Below are positions 1 through 10,031 of a stretch of 62,706 nucleotides of DNA, piece by piece. The stretch is taken from contig QHRX01000024.1 of NCBI GenBank assembly GCA_003221455.1, positions 1 to 62,706 of the forward strand, written 5' to 3'. Position 1 is the first letter of the stretch. Every line of letters begins with the position of its first letter. Made by a program: the position numbers and the translations under genes. The DNA is from Candidatus Rokuibacteriota bacterium (GTDB lineage: Bacteria > Methylomirabilota > Methylomirabilia > Rokubacteriales > CSP1-6). The notes beneath the pieces are model-generated. The model was not told where the DNA came from and ran no database searches. It saw only the letters and a program-made list of their open reading frames with translations.

Positions 1-2
1 CC

Positions 3-236
3 AACGCGCGCATCGGCATCGGCGCCGTCGTCCTGAACGGCGCCGTCGTGGAAGAGGGCGCCCAGGTCGGCGCGGGCGCGCTCGTGCCGCCGGGCAAGGT
101 GATCCCCGCGGGGTGGCTCGTGATGGGCGTGCCCGCCAAGCCCGTGCGGCAGATGAGCGCCGAGGAGCTGGAGGATATCCGACGCAACGCCCGCGAATAC
201 GTCGATCTCTGGCGCCGCGACTACGGGGCCCGGTAG
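3..236 (+). CDS. Gamma-class carbonic anhydrase family / hexapeptide-repeat protein (5' truncated)
   Basis: Frame is open from the window edge: NARIGIGAVVLNGAVVEEGAQVGAGALVPPGKVIP...GVPAKPVR. Hexapeptide repeats and C-terminal helix typical of the YrdA/PaaY family. Confidence 0.85.
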   Translation, partial: NARIGIGAVVLNGAVVEEGAQVGAGALVPPGKVIPAGWLVMGVPAKPVRQMSAEELEDIRRNAREYVDLWRRDYGAR

Positions 237-570
237 CCCGGTCACGGCGTTCGACGGGTATGACGGAAACGGCTAAGATGGCCGCAGCCAAAGGGGCCGA
301 GCGCGACCATGACCCGTCTCGCGACCCAGAGCCTCTCCGGGGCGCCGGGTGCCGGTGCCGTGTCCGGGCGGCCGCGGAGCCAGCCGCGCGGCGGCCGGGC
401 GTCGACCCCGCGGCGGGGGACCGGATCCTGACGGGCGCTGACCGCCTCCTCTCGGCGCTCGCGCCCAAGCGGTCGGTCCCGTCGACCGGCGCCGGACCGG
501 TGGCGCTGACCCCGCACAGGCCCGCCGGCTCGGGCCTGACCAACCTCCCATCGTCGTCACGGAGACTCGG

Positions 571-2676
571 GTGAGCAACCTGGTGAGCTACGAGCGGGAG
601 CGGACGATCGGCGTCATTACGGTCGACAACCCGCCCCTCAACGCGCTCAGTGTCGGCGTCCGCCAGGGGCTACTGGACGGTCTGGCCCACGGACTCCGGG
701 ACGCCGGCGCGAGGGCGCTCGTCATCATGGGCGCCGGGCGGACCTTCAGCGCCGGCGCCGACATCCGCGAGTTCGACCGGCCGCTGGCGCCTCCCGACCT
801 GAACGACGTGATCGGGCGGATCGAGGCGAGCCCGAAACTCGTGGTCGCGGCGCTCCACGGGACCGCCCTCGGCGGCGGGCTCGAGGTGGCGCTCGGCTGC
901 CATTACCGCTGCGCGCTCCGCTCGACGCGGGTCGGCTTCCCCGAGGTGACGCTCGGCCTCGTGCCCGGCGCCGGCGGCACCCAGCGGCTCCCTCGCCTGG
1001 TCGGCGCCGAGCTGGCGCTCCGGATCATCGCGAGCGGCGAGCCGATGCCGGCCGAGCGGGCGCACAGCCTCGGACGGATCGACGAGCTGATCGACGGCGA
1101 CCTCCGCGGCGGCGCCATCGCGCTTGCCGAGCGGCTCGTGGCCGAGGGCCGGCCGCTCCGCAGGCTCAGCGCGATCGACGACAAGCTCGAGGCCGCGCGG
1201 CGCGACCCCGGGATCTTCGACCGGTTCCGCCAGGAGATCGAGCGCCAGGCGCGCGGCTACCTGGCGCCGTTCAAGTGCATCGAGGCGGTCCGGGCCGCCG
1301 TGACCTTGCCCTTCGCCGAGGGGCTCCGGCGCGAGCGGGAGCTCTTCCTCGAGTGTCTCGCCTCACCCCAGTCGAGGGCCCAGATCCACGCGTTCTTCGC
1401 CGAGCGCGAGGCGACGAAGATCCCGGACGTGCCCCGGGACACGCCCACGCGGCCGATCGGCACCGCCGCGGTGATCGGTGCCGGCACGATGGGCGGCGGG
1501 ATCGCGATGACCTTCGCCAACGCGGGCATCCCGGTCGCCGTCGTCGAGGCCTCCGAGGAGGCGCTCGACCGGGGGCTCGCCGTCGTCCGGAAGAACTACG
1601 CGGCGACGGTCGAGAAAGGGCGCCTCACGCCGGCCGAGATGGAGCGCCGGCTCGCGCTGATCCGCGGCACCCTCGCCTGGGAGACCGTCGCCGACGCCGA
1701 CATCGTCGTCGAGGCGGTGTTCGAGGAGATGGCGGTCAAGCAGGAGGTCTTCGGCCGGCTCGACCGCCTCTGCCAGCCGACGGCGATCCTCGCCACCAAC
1801 ACCTCGACGCTCGACGTCGACCGGATCGCGCAGGCGACCTCGCGGCCGGGCCAGGTCATCGGCACCCACTTCTTCAGCCCGGCCAACGTCATGCGCCTCC
1901 TCGAGCTCGTGCGCGGCGCCCGCACGTCGACGGAGACGATCGCGACCGCCGCCGCGCTGGCGGGCCGGCTCGGCAAGGTCTGGGTCCTCGCCGGCAACTG
2001 CGACGGGTTCATCGGCAACCGAATGCTCGCGGGCTACTTCCGCGAGGCGGCGTTCCTCGTCGAGGAGGGCGCCACGCCCGAGCAGGTCGACCGGGTCCTC
2101 TACGACTTCGGCTTCGCCATGGGCCCGTTCGCCGTGTCCGACCTGGCCGGGCTCGACGTCGGGTGGCGCATTCGGAAGGGCAAGGCGGCCGCGCGCTCGA
2201 CCGACCTCCGCTACTCTCCGGTGGCCGACTGGCTCTGCGAGCGGGGCCGCTTCGGCCAGAAGACCGGCGCCGGCTGGTATCGGTACGAGCCGGGCGGCCG
2301 GACGCCCCGCCCCGACCCCGAGGTGGCGGCGCTGATCGCCGAGAGCGCCCGCGCGCAGGGCATCCGGCGCCGCGAGGTGGGCGACGAGGAGGTCCTGACG
2401 CGCTGCCTCTATCCGCTCGTCAACGAGGGCGCCCGGCTCTTGGCGGAAGGCATCGCGCTCAGGCCGGGCGACATCGACGTCGTGTACCTCCACGGCTACG
2501 GCTTTCCGCGCTACCGGGGCGGCCCCATGCACTGGGCCGACACCCTTGGATTGAAGCGTGTCTCCGACGAGATTGCCCGGTATCATCGCGTTCACGGGCG
2601 GCTCTGGGAGCCGGCGCCACTGCTCCGGCAGCTCGCCGAGCAGGGCAAGGGCTTCCGCGATTTCGGGCGCGCCTGA
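571..2676 (+). CDS. Bifunctional enoyl-CoA hydratase / 3-hydroxyacyl-CoA dehydrogenase (FadB/PimF-like)
   Basis: Crotonase motifs FSAGADI, ALGGGLE and [15 protein letters not shown]; NAD-binding GAGTMG; HADH motifs TNTSTL and GTHFFSPA. Confidence 0.93.
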   Translation: MSNLVSYERERTIGVITVDNPPLNALSVGVRQGLLDGLAHGLRDAGARALVIMGAGRTFSAGADIREFDRPLAPPDLNDVIGRIEASPKLVVAALHGTALGGGLEVALGCHYRCALRSTRVGFPEVTLGLVPGAGGTQRLPRLVGAELALRIIASGEPMPAERAHSLGRIDELIDGDLRGGAIALAERLVAEGRPLRRLSAIDDKLEAARRDPGIFDRFRQEIERQARGYLAPFKCIEAVRAAVTLPFAEGLRRERELFLECLASPQSRAQIHAFFAEREATKIPDVPRDTPTRPIGTAAVIGAGTMGGGIAMTFANAGIPVAVVEASEEALDRGLAVVRKNYAATVEKGRLTPAEMERRLALIRGTLAWETVADADIVVEAVFEEMAVKQEVFGRLDRLCQPTAILATNTSTLDVDRIAQATSRPGQVIGTHFFSPANVMRLLELVRGARTSTETIATAAALAGRLGKVWVLAGNCDGFIGNRMLAGYFREAAFLVEEGATPEQVDRVLYDFGFAMGPFAVSDLAGLDVGWRIRKGKAAARSTDLRYSPVADWLCERGRFGQKTGAGWYRYEPGGRTPRPDPEVAALIAESARAQGIRRREVGDEEVLTRCLYPLVNEGARLLAEGIALRPGDIDVVYLHGYGFPRYRGGPMHWADTLGLKRVSDEIARYHRVHGRLWEPAPLLRQLAEQGKGFRDFGRA

Positions 2677-2704
2677 CGGAGGACCCGATGCTCGAGCGCC
2701 GCAC

Positions 2705-3691
2705 GTGATCCGGGCCAGGATCGCCGGTCTGGGTGCTTACGCGCCTACGCGAGTCCTCACCAACCACGAGCTCGAGCAGCGGCTCGGGACCTCGGACGAG
2801 TGGATCACCCAGCGGACGGGGATCCGCGAGCGCCGGATCGCCGACGCGAGCGAGGCCACCTCCGACCTCGCCCTGCCCGCCGCCCGGCAGGCGCTCGAGC
2901 GCGCCGGGGCCACGCCGGCCGAGGTGGAGCTGATCGTCGTCGGCACCTCGACGGCGGACATGGTCTTTCCCTCCACCGCCAACTTCGTCCAGCACAAGCT
3001 CGGGGCGGGGCACGCCGGCTCGGTCGACGTTTCCGCCGCCTGCTCGGGCTCCGTCTACAGCCTCTCGGTCGGCGCCCAGTACATCGAGACCGGCAAGTAC
3101 CGGACCGTGCTCGTGATCGGGGCCGAGACGTACTCGCGGCTCGTCGACTGGGACGACCTCCGCACCTGCGTCCTCTTCGGGGACGGGGCGGGCGCCGCCG
3201 TCCTCCGCCCCGCCGCCGACGGCTCGGGGATCCTCGATACCGACCTCTACTCCGACGGCCAGTACGCGGATCTGCTCTACGTGCCGGGCGGGCGCTCCCG
3301 GCACCCCGCCACGCGCGAGAGCGTCGCGCAGCGGCTCCAGTTCCTGAAGATGCCGAAGGGCGACGAGGTCTTCAAGGTCGCCGTCCGCACCCTCGCCGAG
3401 GCGTCGCTCGCGATCCTCGAGAAGAACGGCTTCGGACCCGACACGGTCGACCTCTTCGTCCCCCACCAGGCCAACATCCGGATCATCGAGGCCGTGGCCA
3501 AGCGGCTCCACCTGCCGATGGGCAAGGTCGTCGTCAACGTGGACCGCTACGGCAATACCGCGGCGGCGTCGGTCTACGTCGCGCTCGCCGAGGCGTGGTC
3601 CGAGGGGCGTGTGAGGCCCGGCGACCTGGTCCTGCTCGCCACCTTCGGGGGCGGCTTCACCTGGGGCACCGCGCTCGTCCGATGGTCCTGA
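2705..3691 (+). CDS. fabH: 3-oxoacyl-ACP synthase III
   Basis: Motifs [20 protein letters not shown] (catalytic Cys), [14 protein letters not shown] and [11 protein letters not shown] start at 2705. Confidence 0.92.
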   Translation: MIRARIAGLGAYAPTRVLTNHELEQRLGTSDEWITQRTGIRERRIADASEATSDLALPAARQALERAGATPAEVELIVVGTSTADMVFPSTANFVQHKLGAGHAGSVDVSAACSGSVYSLSVGAQYIETGKYRTVLVIGAETYSRLVDWDDLRTCVLFGDGAGAAVLRPAADGSGILDTDLYSDGQYADLLYVPGGRSRHPATRESVAQRLQFLKMPKGDEVFKVAVRTLAEASLAILEKNGFGPDTVDLFVPHQANIRIIEAVAKRLHLPMGKVVVNVDRYGNTAAASVYVALAEAWSEGRVRPGDLVLLATFGGGFTWGTALVRWS

Positions 3692-3743
3692 GCCGTGTAT
3701 CATCGCAGAGAGGGGACCGACGCCTGACCCAAGGAGACCGACC

Positions 3744-4928
3744 ATGACCGAGGCCGTCATCGTCTCGACCGCCCGTACCGGGATCGGCAAGGCCTACCGC
3801 GGGGCCCTCAACAACACCCACGGGGCCACGCTCGGCGGCCACGTCATCGCGGAGGCCGTCCGGCGGGCTCGCCTGGAGCCGGGCGAGGTCGAGGACGTCG
3901 TCATGGGCTGCGCGCTCCCGGAGGGCGCGACCGGGCACAACATCGCGCGCCAGGCGGCCCTGCGGGCGGGGCTGCCGGTGACGACCGCGGGAACGACGGT
4001 CAACCGGTTCTGCTCCTCGGGCCTGCAGGCCATCAGCATCGCCGCGGCGCGCGTGCTCGTCGACCGGGTGCCGATCGTCGTGGCGGGCGGGCTCGAGTCG
4101 GTCAGCCTCGTGCAGAACGAGCACATGAACCTGCACCGCTTTCGCGAGCCGTGGCTCGAGGAGCACAAGCCCGAGATCTACATGAGCATGATCGAGACGG
4201 CGGAGGTGGTGGCCACGCGCTACTACATCACGCGGGAGAGGCAGGACGAGTACGCGCTGCTGAGCCAGCAGCGCACGGCCGTCGCGCAGCGCGCCGGCCG
4301 CTTCGACGCCGAGATTGTCCCCATCACGACCCGCAAGCTCGTGCAGGACAAGACGACGGGGGAGACGCGAGAGGAAGAGGTCACCCTCACGAAGGACGAA
4401 GGGAACCGCCCCGACACGACCGCGGAGGGGCTCGCCGCGCTCAAGCCGGTGGCGGGCGAGAAGGGCCACGTCACGGCCGGCAACGCCAGCCAGCTCTCCG
4501 ACGGCGCCGCCGCCTGCGTCCTGATGGACGGCAAGCTCGCCGAGCGACGCGGGCTCGCGCCCCTCGGGATCTACCGGGGCCTCGCCGTCGCGGCCTGCGA
4601 GCCCGACGAGATGGGGATCGGCCCCGTGTTCGCCGTGCCGCGGCTCCTCGAACGCTTCGGCCTCCGTCGGGACCAGATCGACCTCTGGGAGCTGAACGAG
4701 GCCTTCGCCGTCCAGGTCGTCTACTGCCGCGACCGGCTCGGCATCCCGCCGGAGACGCTGAACGTCGACGGGGGCGCCATCTCGATCGGCCACCCGTACG
4801 GCATGAGCGGCGCCCGAATGGTGGGCCACGCGCTGATCGAGGGCAAGCGCCGGCGCGCCCGGTGGGTCGTCTGCACGATGTGTATCGGCGGCGGCATGGG
4901 GGCGGCCGGCCTCTTCGAGATCGCCTGA
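3744..4928 (+). CDS. Acetyl-CoA C-acyltransferase (thiolase, PimB-like)
   Basis: Motifs [20 protein letters not shown] and CIGGGMG; RBS AGGAG upstream. Confidence 0.95.
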   Translation: MTEAVIVSTARTGIGKAYRGALNNTHGATLGGHVIAEAVRRARLEPGEVEDVVMGCALPEGATGHNIARQAALRAGLPVTTAGTTVNRFCSSGLQAISIAAARVLVDRVPIVVAGGLESVSLVQNEHMNLHRFREPWLEEHKPEIYMSMIETAEVVATRYYITRERQDEYALLSQQRTAVAQRAGRFDAEIVPITTRKLVQDKTTGETREEEVTLTKDEGNRPDTTAEGLAALKPVAGEKGHVTAGNASQLSDGAAACVLMDGKLAERRGLAPLGIYRGLAVAACEPDEMGIGPVFAVPRLLERFGLRRDQIDLWELNEAFAVQVVYCRDRLGIPPETLNVDGGAISIGHPYGMSGARMVGHALIEGKRRRARWVVCTMCIGGGMGAAGLFEIA

Positions 4929-4937
4929 GGCGGTCGG

Positions 4938-5570
4938 GTGAAGATCGGGACCATCGGCGCTGGCAACATCGGCGGCACGCTCGGGCGCGCGTGGGCGGCG
5001 ACGGGGCACCAGGTCGTCTTCGGCGTGCGGGATCCGCGCGGTCCGAAGGTCCAGGAGCTGGTCACGGCGACCGGGGGCAAGGCCCGGGCGGCCAGCCCGG
5101 CGGAGGCGGCGGCCCACGGCGAGGTCGTCCTGCTCGCCACCCCCTGGGCCGCGGCCCGGGCGGCGCTTGGCGGGGCGGGCGACCTGACCGGCAAGATCCT
5201 CGTCGACGCCACCAACCCGCTCCAGCCGGATCTGTCCGGGCTCGCCCTCGGCCACACCACCTCCGCCGGCGAGGAGGTGGCGCGCTGGGCGCCGGGGGCG
5301 AAGGTCGTCAAGGCGTTCAACACGATCGGCGCCCAGCACATCGCCAATCCCCGCTTCGGCACCCAGAGCGCCTCCATGCTCATCTGTGGCGACGACCTAG
5401 CGGCCAAGAAGACGGTCCTGTTGCTCGCCGAATCCCTGGGCTTCGACCCCGTCGACGCCGGCCCGCTCAGGCAGGCGCGCCTGCTCGAGCCACTCGCGAT
5501 GCTCTGGATCTCGCTCGCCTACGCCTACGGTCACGGCCCCGACATCGCCTTCAAGCTCCTCCGCCGCTGA
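4938..5570 (+). CDS. NADP-dependent F420 oxidoreductase family protein
   Basis: Motifs GAGNIG, LATPW, DATNP, VVKAFNT and ICGDD. Confidence 0.88.
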   Translation: MKIGTIGAGNIGGTLGRAWAATGHQVVFGVRDPRGPKVQELVTATGGKARAASPAEAAAHGEVVLLATPWAAARAALGGAGDLTGKILVDATNPLQPDLSGLALGHTTSAGEEVARWAPGAKVVKAFNTIGAQHIANPRFGTQSASMLICGDDLAAKKTVLLLAESLGFDPVDAGPLRQARLLEPLAMLWISLAYAYGHGPDIAFKLLRR

Positions 5571-5629
5571 GCCCGGGCCCGGGAGCCGCAGGGCCGCCGA
5601 GGGGCAGCGAGATGGCGCGTGGCGCGACG

Positions 5630-6643
5630 ATGCGGGCGGCGTTCTACGAGGGCGCGCGACGCTTCAGGACGGGCACGGCGAGCGTGCCCGCGCCCGGGCC
5701 GGGCGAGGCCCTCCTCCGGGTGCGCCGGGTCGGAATCTGCGGAACCGACCTCCACATCTTCCAGGGGCACCTCGACCACCGCGTGCCGCGGGGCGGCGTG
5801 ATCGGCCACGAGGCGCTGGCCGAGGTGGCGGAGGCTCCCGCAGGGAGTGGATTCACCGCGGGCGACCGGGTCGTCGTCGAGCCGCTCTGGTTCTGCGGCG
5901 CCTGCCGCGCCTGCCGGATGGGCGGCTCGTATCTCTGTTACAACCTCAAGGTGCTGGGGGTCGACCTGCCCGGGGGCATGCGGGAATACTGGCCGGTGCC
6001 GGTCGGGCGGCTCCTCAAGGTGCCGGCCGTGCTGGGCGACGACCACGCCGCGCTGATCGAGCCCCTGAGCGTCGCCACCCACGACGTCCGCCGCGCGCGG
6101 GTCGGGACGGGGGACGCGGTGGTCGTGTTCGGCGGCGGGCCCATCGGCGCGCTGATCGCGATGGTCGCCCGCCAGAAGGGCGCGCGGGTCGTCGTGGCCG
6201 AGGTGAACCCCTTCCGCCTCGACATGCTGGCCACGCTCGGCCTCCAGACCGTGGGGCCCGACCAGGACCTCGTCGGGTTCGTCAACGACTGGACCGGAGG
6301 CGACGGCGCCGACGTCGCCTTCGAGGTCACGGGGAATCCCAAGGCCGTCCGCGCCATGACCGAGGTCGTGCGGGTGTGGGGCACGGTGAGCATCGTCGCC
6401 ATCCACTCCGAGCCGATGCCGGTCAACCTCTACCAGATGTTCGCGCGCGAGCTCAGCATGCACGGCAGCCGGCTCTACGCCCGGGAGGACTGGGAGGAGG
6501 CGATCCGCCTGGCCGCCAGCGGCGCCATCACGCTCGGCCCGCTCGTGAGCCGGACGATCCCGCTCGAGGCGCTCCAGGAGGGCATGGAGCAGGCGCTCGG
6601 CGGCGGCCCCGTCATGAAGCTCCTGGTGGACCTGACGGCGTGA
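5630..6643 (+). CDS. Zinc-dependent medium-chain (sugar/alcohol) dehydrogenase
   Basis: Motifs GICGTD, GHE, CGACRAC...C structural Zn site and GGGPIG. Alternative start at 5612. Confidence 0.9.
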   Translation: MRAAFYEGARRFRTGTASVPAPGPGEALLRVRRVGICGTDLHIFQGHLDHRVPRGGVIGHEALAEVAEAPAGSGFTAGDRVVVEPLWFCGACRACRMGGSYLCYNLKVLGVDLPGGMREYWPVPVGRLLKVPAVLGDDHAALIEPLSVATHDVRRARVGTGDAVVVFGGGPIGALIAMVARQKGARVVVAEVNPFRLDMLATLGLQTVGPDQDLVGFVNDWTGGDGADVAFEVTGNPKAVRAMTEVVRVWGTVSIVAIHSEPMPVNLYQMFARELSMHGSRLYAREDWEEAIRLAASGAITLGPLVSRTIPLEALQEGMEQALGGGPVMKLLVDLTA

Positions 6644-7416
6644 CCGCCGAGGCCGTCTTCGCGCGTGAGGGCGCCGTCGCCGTCCTCACGTTCAACCGGC
6701 CCGAGGCCCGCAACGCGATGACGTGGGCGATGTACGACGCGCTCGCGGCCGCGTGCGACACGGTCGACCGCGACGACGAGCTGCGCGTCCTCATCCTCCG
6801 GGGGGCGGGCGGCCGGGCCTTCGTGGCGGGGACCGACATCAGCCAGTTCCAGGCCTTCGAGACCTCCGCGGACGCCCTCGACTACGAGCGCCGCATGGAC
6901 CGCGTCATCACCCGCCTCGAGGGGGTGGGAAAGCCGACCCTCGCCGCCATCGCGGGCGTGGCCGCGGGCGGCGGCGCCGCGATCGCGCTCGCCTGCGACC
7001 TCCGCTACTGCACGCCCGAGAGCACGATCGGCATCCCGATCGCCCGCACGATCGGCAACTGCCTGTCGATGGCCAACTACGCGCGGCTCGTCGACCTCCT
7101 CGGCCCCGCCCGCACGAAGGAGCTGATCTTCCGCGCGCGCCTCCTCCCCGCCGAGGAGGCGCGCCAGGCCGGCCTCGTGAACGAGGTCGTGGCGGCCGAC
7201 CGGCTCGAGGAGCGCGTGCGCGAGGTCGCCCGCGAGATCGCCGGCCACGCCCCGATCACCCTCCGCGTGACGAAGGAGGCCCTCCGCCGCCTCCAGCTCG
7301 CGCGCCGCCCGCCCGAGTGCGACGACCTGATCGTGCAGGCCTACCTGAGCGAGGACTTCCGGGAGGGCGTGCAGGCCTTCCTCGCCAAGCGCGCGCCCGC
7401 CTTCCGCGGGCGCTGA
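6640..7416 (+). CDS. Enoyl-CoA hydratase/isomerase family protein
   Basis: Motifs NRPEARNAM, AFVAGTDI and AAGGGAAIALACD; GTGA overlap with the upstream gene. Confidence 0.9.
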   Translation: MTAEAVFAREGAVAVLTFNRPEARNAMTWAMYDALAAACDTVDRDDELRVLILRGAGGRAFVAGTDISQFQAFETSADALDYERRMDRVITRLEGVGKPTLAAIAGVAAGGGAAIALACDLRYCTPESTIGIPIARTIGNCLSMANYARLVDLLGPARTKELIFRARLLPAEEARQAGLVNEVVAADRLEERVREVAREIAGHAPITLRVTKEALRRLQLARRPPECDDLIVQAYLSEDFREGVQAFLAKRAPAFRGR

Positions 7417-7514
7417 CTCCCTCCCCGCCCCGTCGCCCGGCTCCCGCTTGTCGAGGGGGGCATTGTCGTCTATCGTGGCGCCGGACCAGTCGACCGGGCC
7501 GAGGAGCGACGCCA

Positions 7515-9371
7515 ATGAAGTCCTTCGTCGTCAACCGCTACGGGCGCCTCGTCTTCCCCTTCAACTTTTTCCCGGAACTCGACTTCTCGATCTTCGAGAG
7601 CCTCGAGCAGTTCGCGGCGGTCATCAGGCGCGACTTCGAGGAGAAGGCGCCGTCCGAGACCGAGATCGTGGCCCGACTCGAGGCCGGCCTCTACCGCCGG
7701 CGCCACGAGCTCTTGCGGGATCTCGCGCTGAACCTGTTCTGGGTCAATCGTTACGCGATGACGATGTACGACAAGCGCCCCACGCGCTGGCGCGACGTGC
7801 CCCGTCACCGCGACGACGTGTTCCTGCCGGTCTTCACGCCGTGGGACGGCGCCGGGCCGGTGGCGCGGATCGAGGCGGGCTACCGAGCGCTCGGACCGAC
7901 CTGGGACGAGGGGACCGAGGACAAGGTCTTCCGCATCCTGTTCGACGTGTTCCGCCACAAGAAGGGCGCGGGGGCGGAGCTGCCCGCCGTCAAGCCGACG
8001 GTGCCGGAGATCCTCGCCGACCCCCGCAGCCTCACCTACCACCTCCTCGCGTACGACCCCGACTACCCGGGCTACAGCTACGCGGACATCGTCGAGTGCT
8101 TCCACCGAGTGCCCGAGCTGGAGGCGCTCTCGCGGCAGGCGATGGTCCTCCACAACCAGTACCGCTGGGACCGCGGGCAGACCCGGCTCACCGAGGTCGG
8201 CCGGCTCGCCCCCGACGACTTCGTGGTCGTCTTCCACCCGCGCACCGAGGAGGTGCTCCAGTTCATCCGGCGTGTGAAGGGCAACCGGCGCCAGCGCGTG
8301 CGCCGGCCGACACCGGTCGAGGCGCGCAAGCCGGCGAGCCCCTACCCGCCCGTGGACGTGCGCGCCCGCTTCAAGGTCCTGCCGCGCGTCGAGGCCCTCG
8401 CCGTGTACCGGGGCGAGCGGGTCTGCACCAACGACGACCTGATCCGCAACGCCGCCTACTGCTGGTCGCCCATGACCGCCGACGAGATCCGCGAGAAGAC
8501 CGGCATCGAGCAACGCCGGTACACGGAGCTCGAGCTCGACCATATGGCGCTCCTGGCCGCGAGGGCGGCGCTCGCCAAGTCCGGTCACGGGCCGGAGGAG
8601 ATCGGCGCCCTGCTCTTCTGCTCGTGCACGAGCGTGAAGATGATGCCGTCGGTCGGCACCTGGCTCTCGGGCCAGCTCGGGATGTTCCAGACGCACGTCT
8701 CGTGCGACCTGGTGGCGGCCTGCGCCGGCCTGCCGTACGGTCTGGCCGAAGCGGTGCGCGTGCTCCAGGAAGTCGAGCGGCCCGTGCTGGTCGTGTGCGG
8801 GGAGAAGTTCTCCGACAAGATCGGGACGGTGCGGACCTCGCGGATGATCTTCGGCGACGCGGCGGCGGCCCTCGTGCTGGCCCCGGCCCCCGCCGGCGCG
8901 CCGCCCGACATCGAGGTGTACCAGACCTACGCGAGCGGCCCCATGAGCGAAGTCGACTCGATCATCTGGCCCAACCCCGAGTTCGACAACAACATCACCG
9001 TCTACGGCCCCGAGGTCCGGGCGCTCGTCCAGCGCTACCTCAGCCAAATGCTGGCCGAGCTGACGGCGCTGCCACACCCCGACGGCGGGCCGGGCTCGAT
9101 GCTGGACGCGATCGACGTGATCGTGCCTCATCAGGCGAACAAGACCATGGTCGTGAGCCTGGCCCGGGCGGCCGGTATCCCGCCCGAGCGGCTCTACTTC
9201 AACATCGAGCGCGTCGGCAACACGTCCTCGGCGTCGATCCCGCTCGCGCTCCACGACGCCGTCCGCGAGGGCGTCATCGCGCGCCCCGTGCGGGTGTTCG
9301 CGCCCGGCTTCGGCGCCGGCGCCGTCGGTGGCTACGTGGTGCTCCGCTTCGATCCGGCGGTCGTCGCCTAG
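7515..9371 (+). CDS. KAS III (FabH-like) condensing enzyme with a large uncharacterised N-terminal domain
   Basis: RBS GAGGAG and ATG at 7515. The C-terminal part has DLVAACAG, IFGDAAAA, VPHQAN, VGNTSSAS and GFGAG; the first ~270 aa are unrecognised. Confidence 0.88.
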   Translation: MKSFVVNRYGRLVFPFNFFPELDFSIFESLEQFAAVIRRDFEEKAPSETEIVARLEAGLYRRRHELLRDLALNLFWVNRYAMTMYDKRPTRWRDVPRHRDDVFLPVFTPWDGAGPVARIEAGYRALGPTWDEGTEDKVFRILFDVFRHKKGAGAELPAVKPTVPEILADPRSLTYHLLAYDPDYPGYSYADIVECFHRVPELEALSRQAMVLHNQYRWDRGQTRLTEVGRLAPDDFVVVFHPRTEEVLQFIRRVKGNRRQRVRRPTPVEARKPASPYPPVDVRARFKVLPRVEALAVYRGERVCTNDDLIRNAAYCWSPMTADEIREKTGIEQRRYTELELDHMALLAARAALAKSGHGPEEIGALLFCSCTSVKMMPSVGTWLSGQLGMFQTHVSCDLVAACAGLPYGLAEAVRVLQEVERPVLVVCGEKFSDKIGTVRTSRMIFGDAAAALVLAPAPAGAPPDIEVYQTYASGPMSEVDSIIWPNPEFDNNITVYGPEVRALVQRYLSQMLAELTALPHPDGGPGSMLDAIDVIVPHQANKTMVVSLARAAGIPPERLYFNIERVGNTSSASIPLALHDAVREGVIARPVRVFAPGFGAGAVGGYVVLRFDPAVVA

Positions 9372-9577
9372 CCGCGCGATCTCACCCTGGGAACGGGTGC
9401 CTCGGTGGCATGGCGCCGAGCTCCGTGGTTCCCGCGCCCGCGGTTGCGGGGATTTCCGCTCGGCCACCCCTGGGTATTTTCTGCTTCGACTTCGACACCT
9501 GTGTGGGAGGCTGGATGGAGTCGCGCGAGGGACGCCATGGATCAAGACCCGGAAGCGCCCGGGGGGAGGACGACGTG

Positions 9578-10012
9578 GTGAGAACGACGACGACGATCAG
9601 AGGCCCTGGATCGGCACTGCTCGGCTCCGCCCTGCTCACGCTCCTCGTCTGCACGGCGTCGGCCGCGAACACCGAGCCCAAACCGCTGCCGTGGAACACG
9701 TTCGCCGAGGCGTCCGCCGAGGCGGTGAGCGTCGAGCAGGTGACGTGCCCGAAGACGCCGGACGAGCCCGTGCTCAAGGCCCGGCTGATCCACGAGCACG
9801 AGCAGTACATCTATCTGGCCAAGGACCGGCGCTGGCTCGTCTGGCGGGTGTCCGGCGGTCGCTCGAGCGAGGACGCGCCAGCCGGCTACGTCTGGTTCGG
9901 CAACCAGGGCCCGGGGGACGACGTGCTGCGGGTCGTCAGCGCGATGCCGTACGACGAGGCCCAGAAGGTCTTCCCCGGGCCCTGCGGCTGGATCGACCCC
10001 GACCGAATCTGA
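9578..10012 (+). CDS. Hypothetical secreted protein
   Basis: RBS GGAGGA 7 nt before GTG; signal-like segment LLGSALLTLLVCTASA; aromatic-rich body with two Cys. Confidence 0.65.
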   Translation: MRTTTTIRGPGSALLGSALLTLLVCTASAANTEPKPLPWNTFAEASAEAVSVEQVTCPKTPDEPVLKARLIHEHEQYIYLAKDRRWLVWRVSGGRSSEDAPAGYVWFGNQGPGDDVLRVVSAMPYDEAQKVFPGPCGWIDPDRI

Positions 10013-10031
10013 TCCCGGGCGGCCTCGCGCC

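Noticed and set aside
113-578. Overlapping ORFs of 91-153 aa between the gamma-CA and fadB-like genes
   Set aside because: Arg/Pro/Ala-rich low-complexity translations without motifs, typical of shadow ORFs in high-GC DNA.
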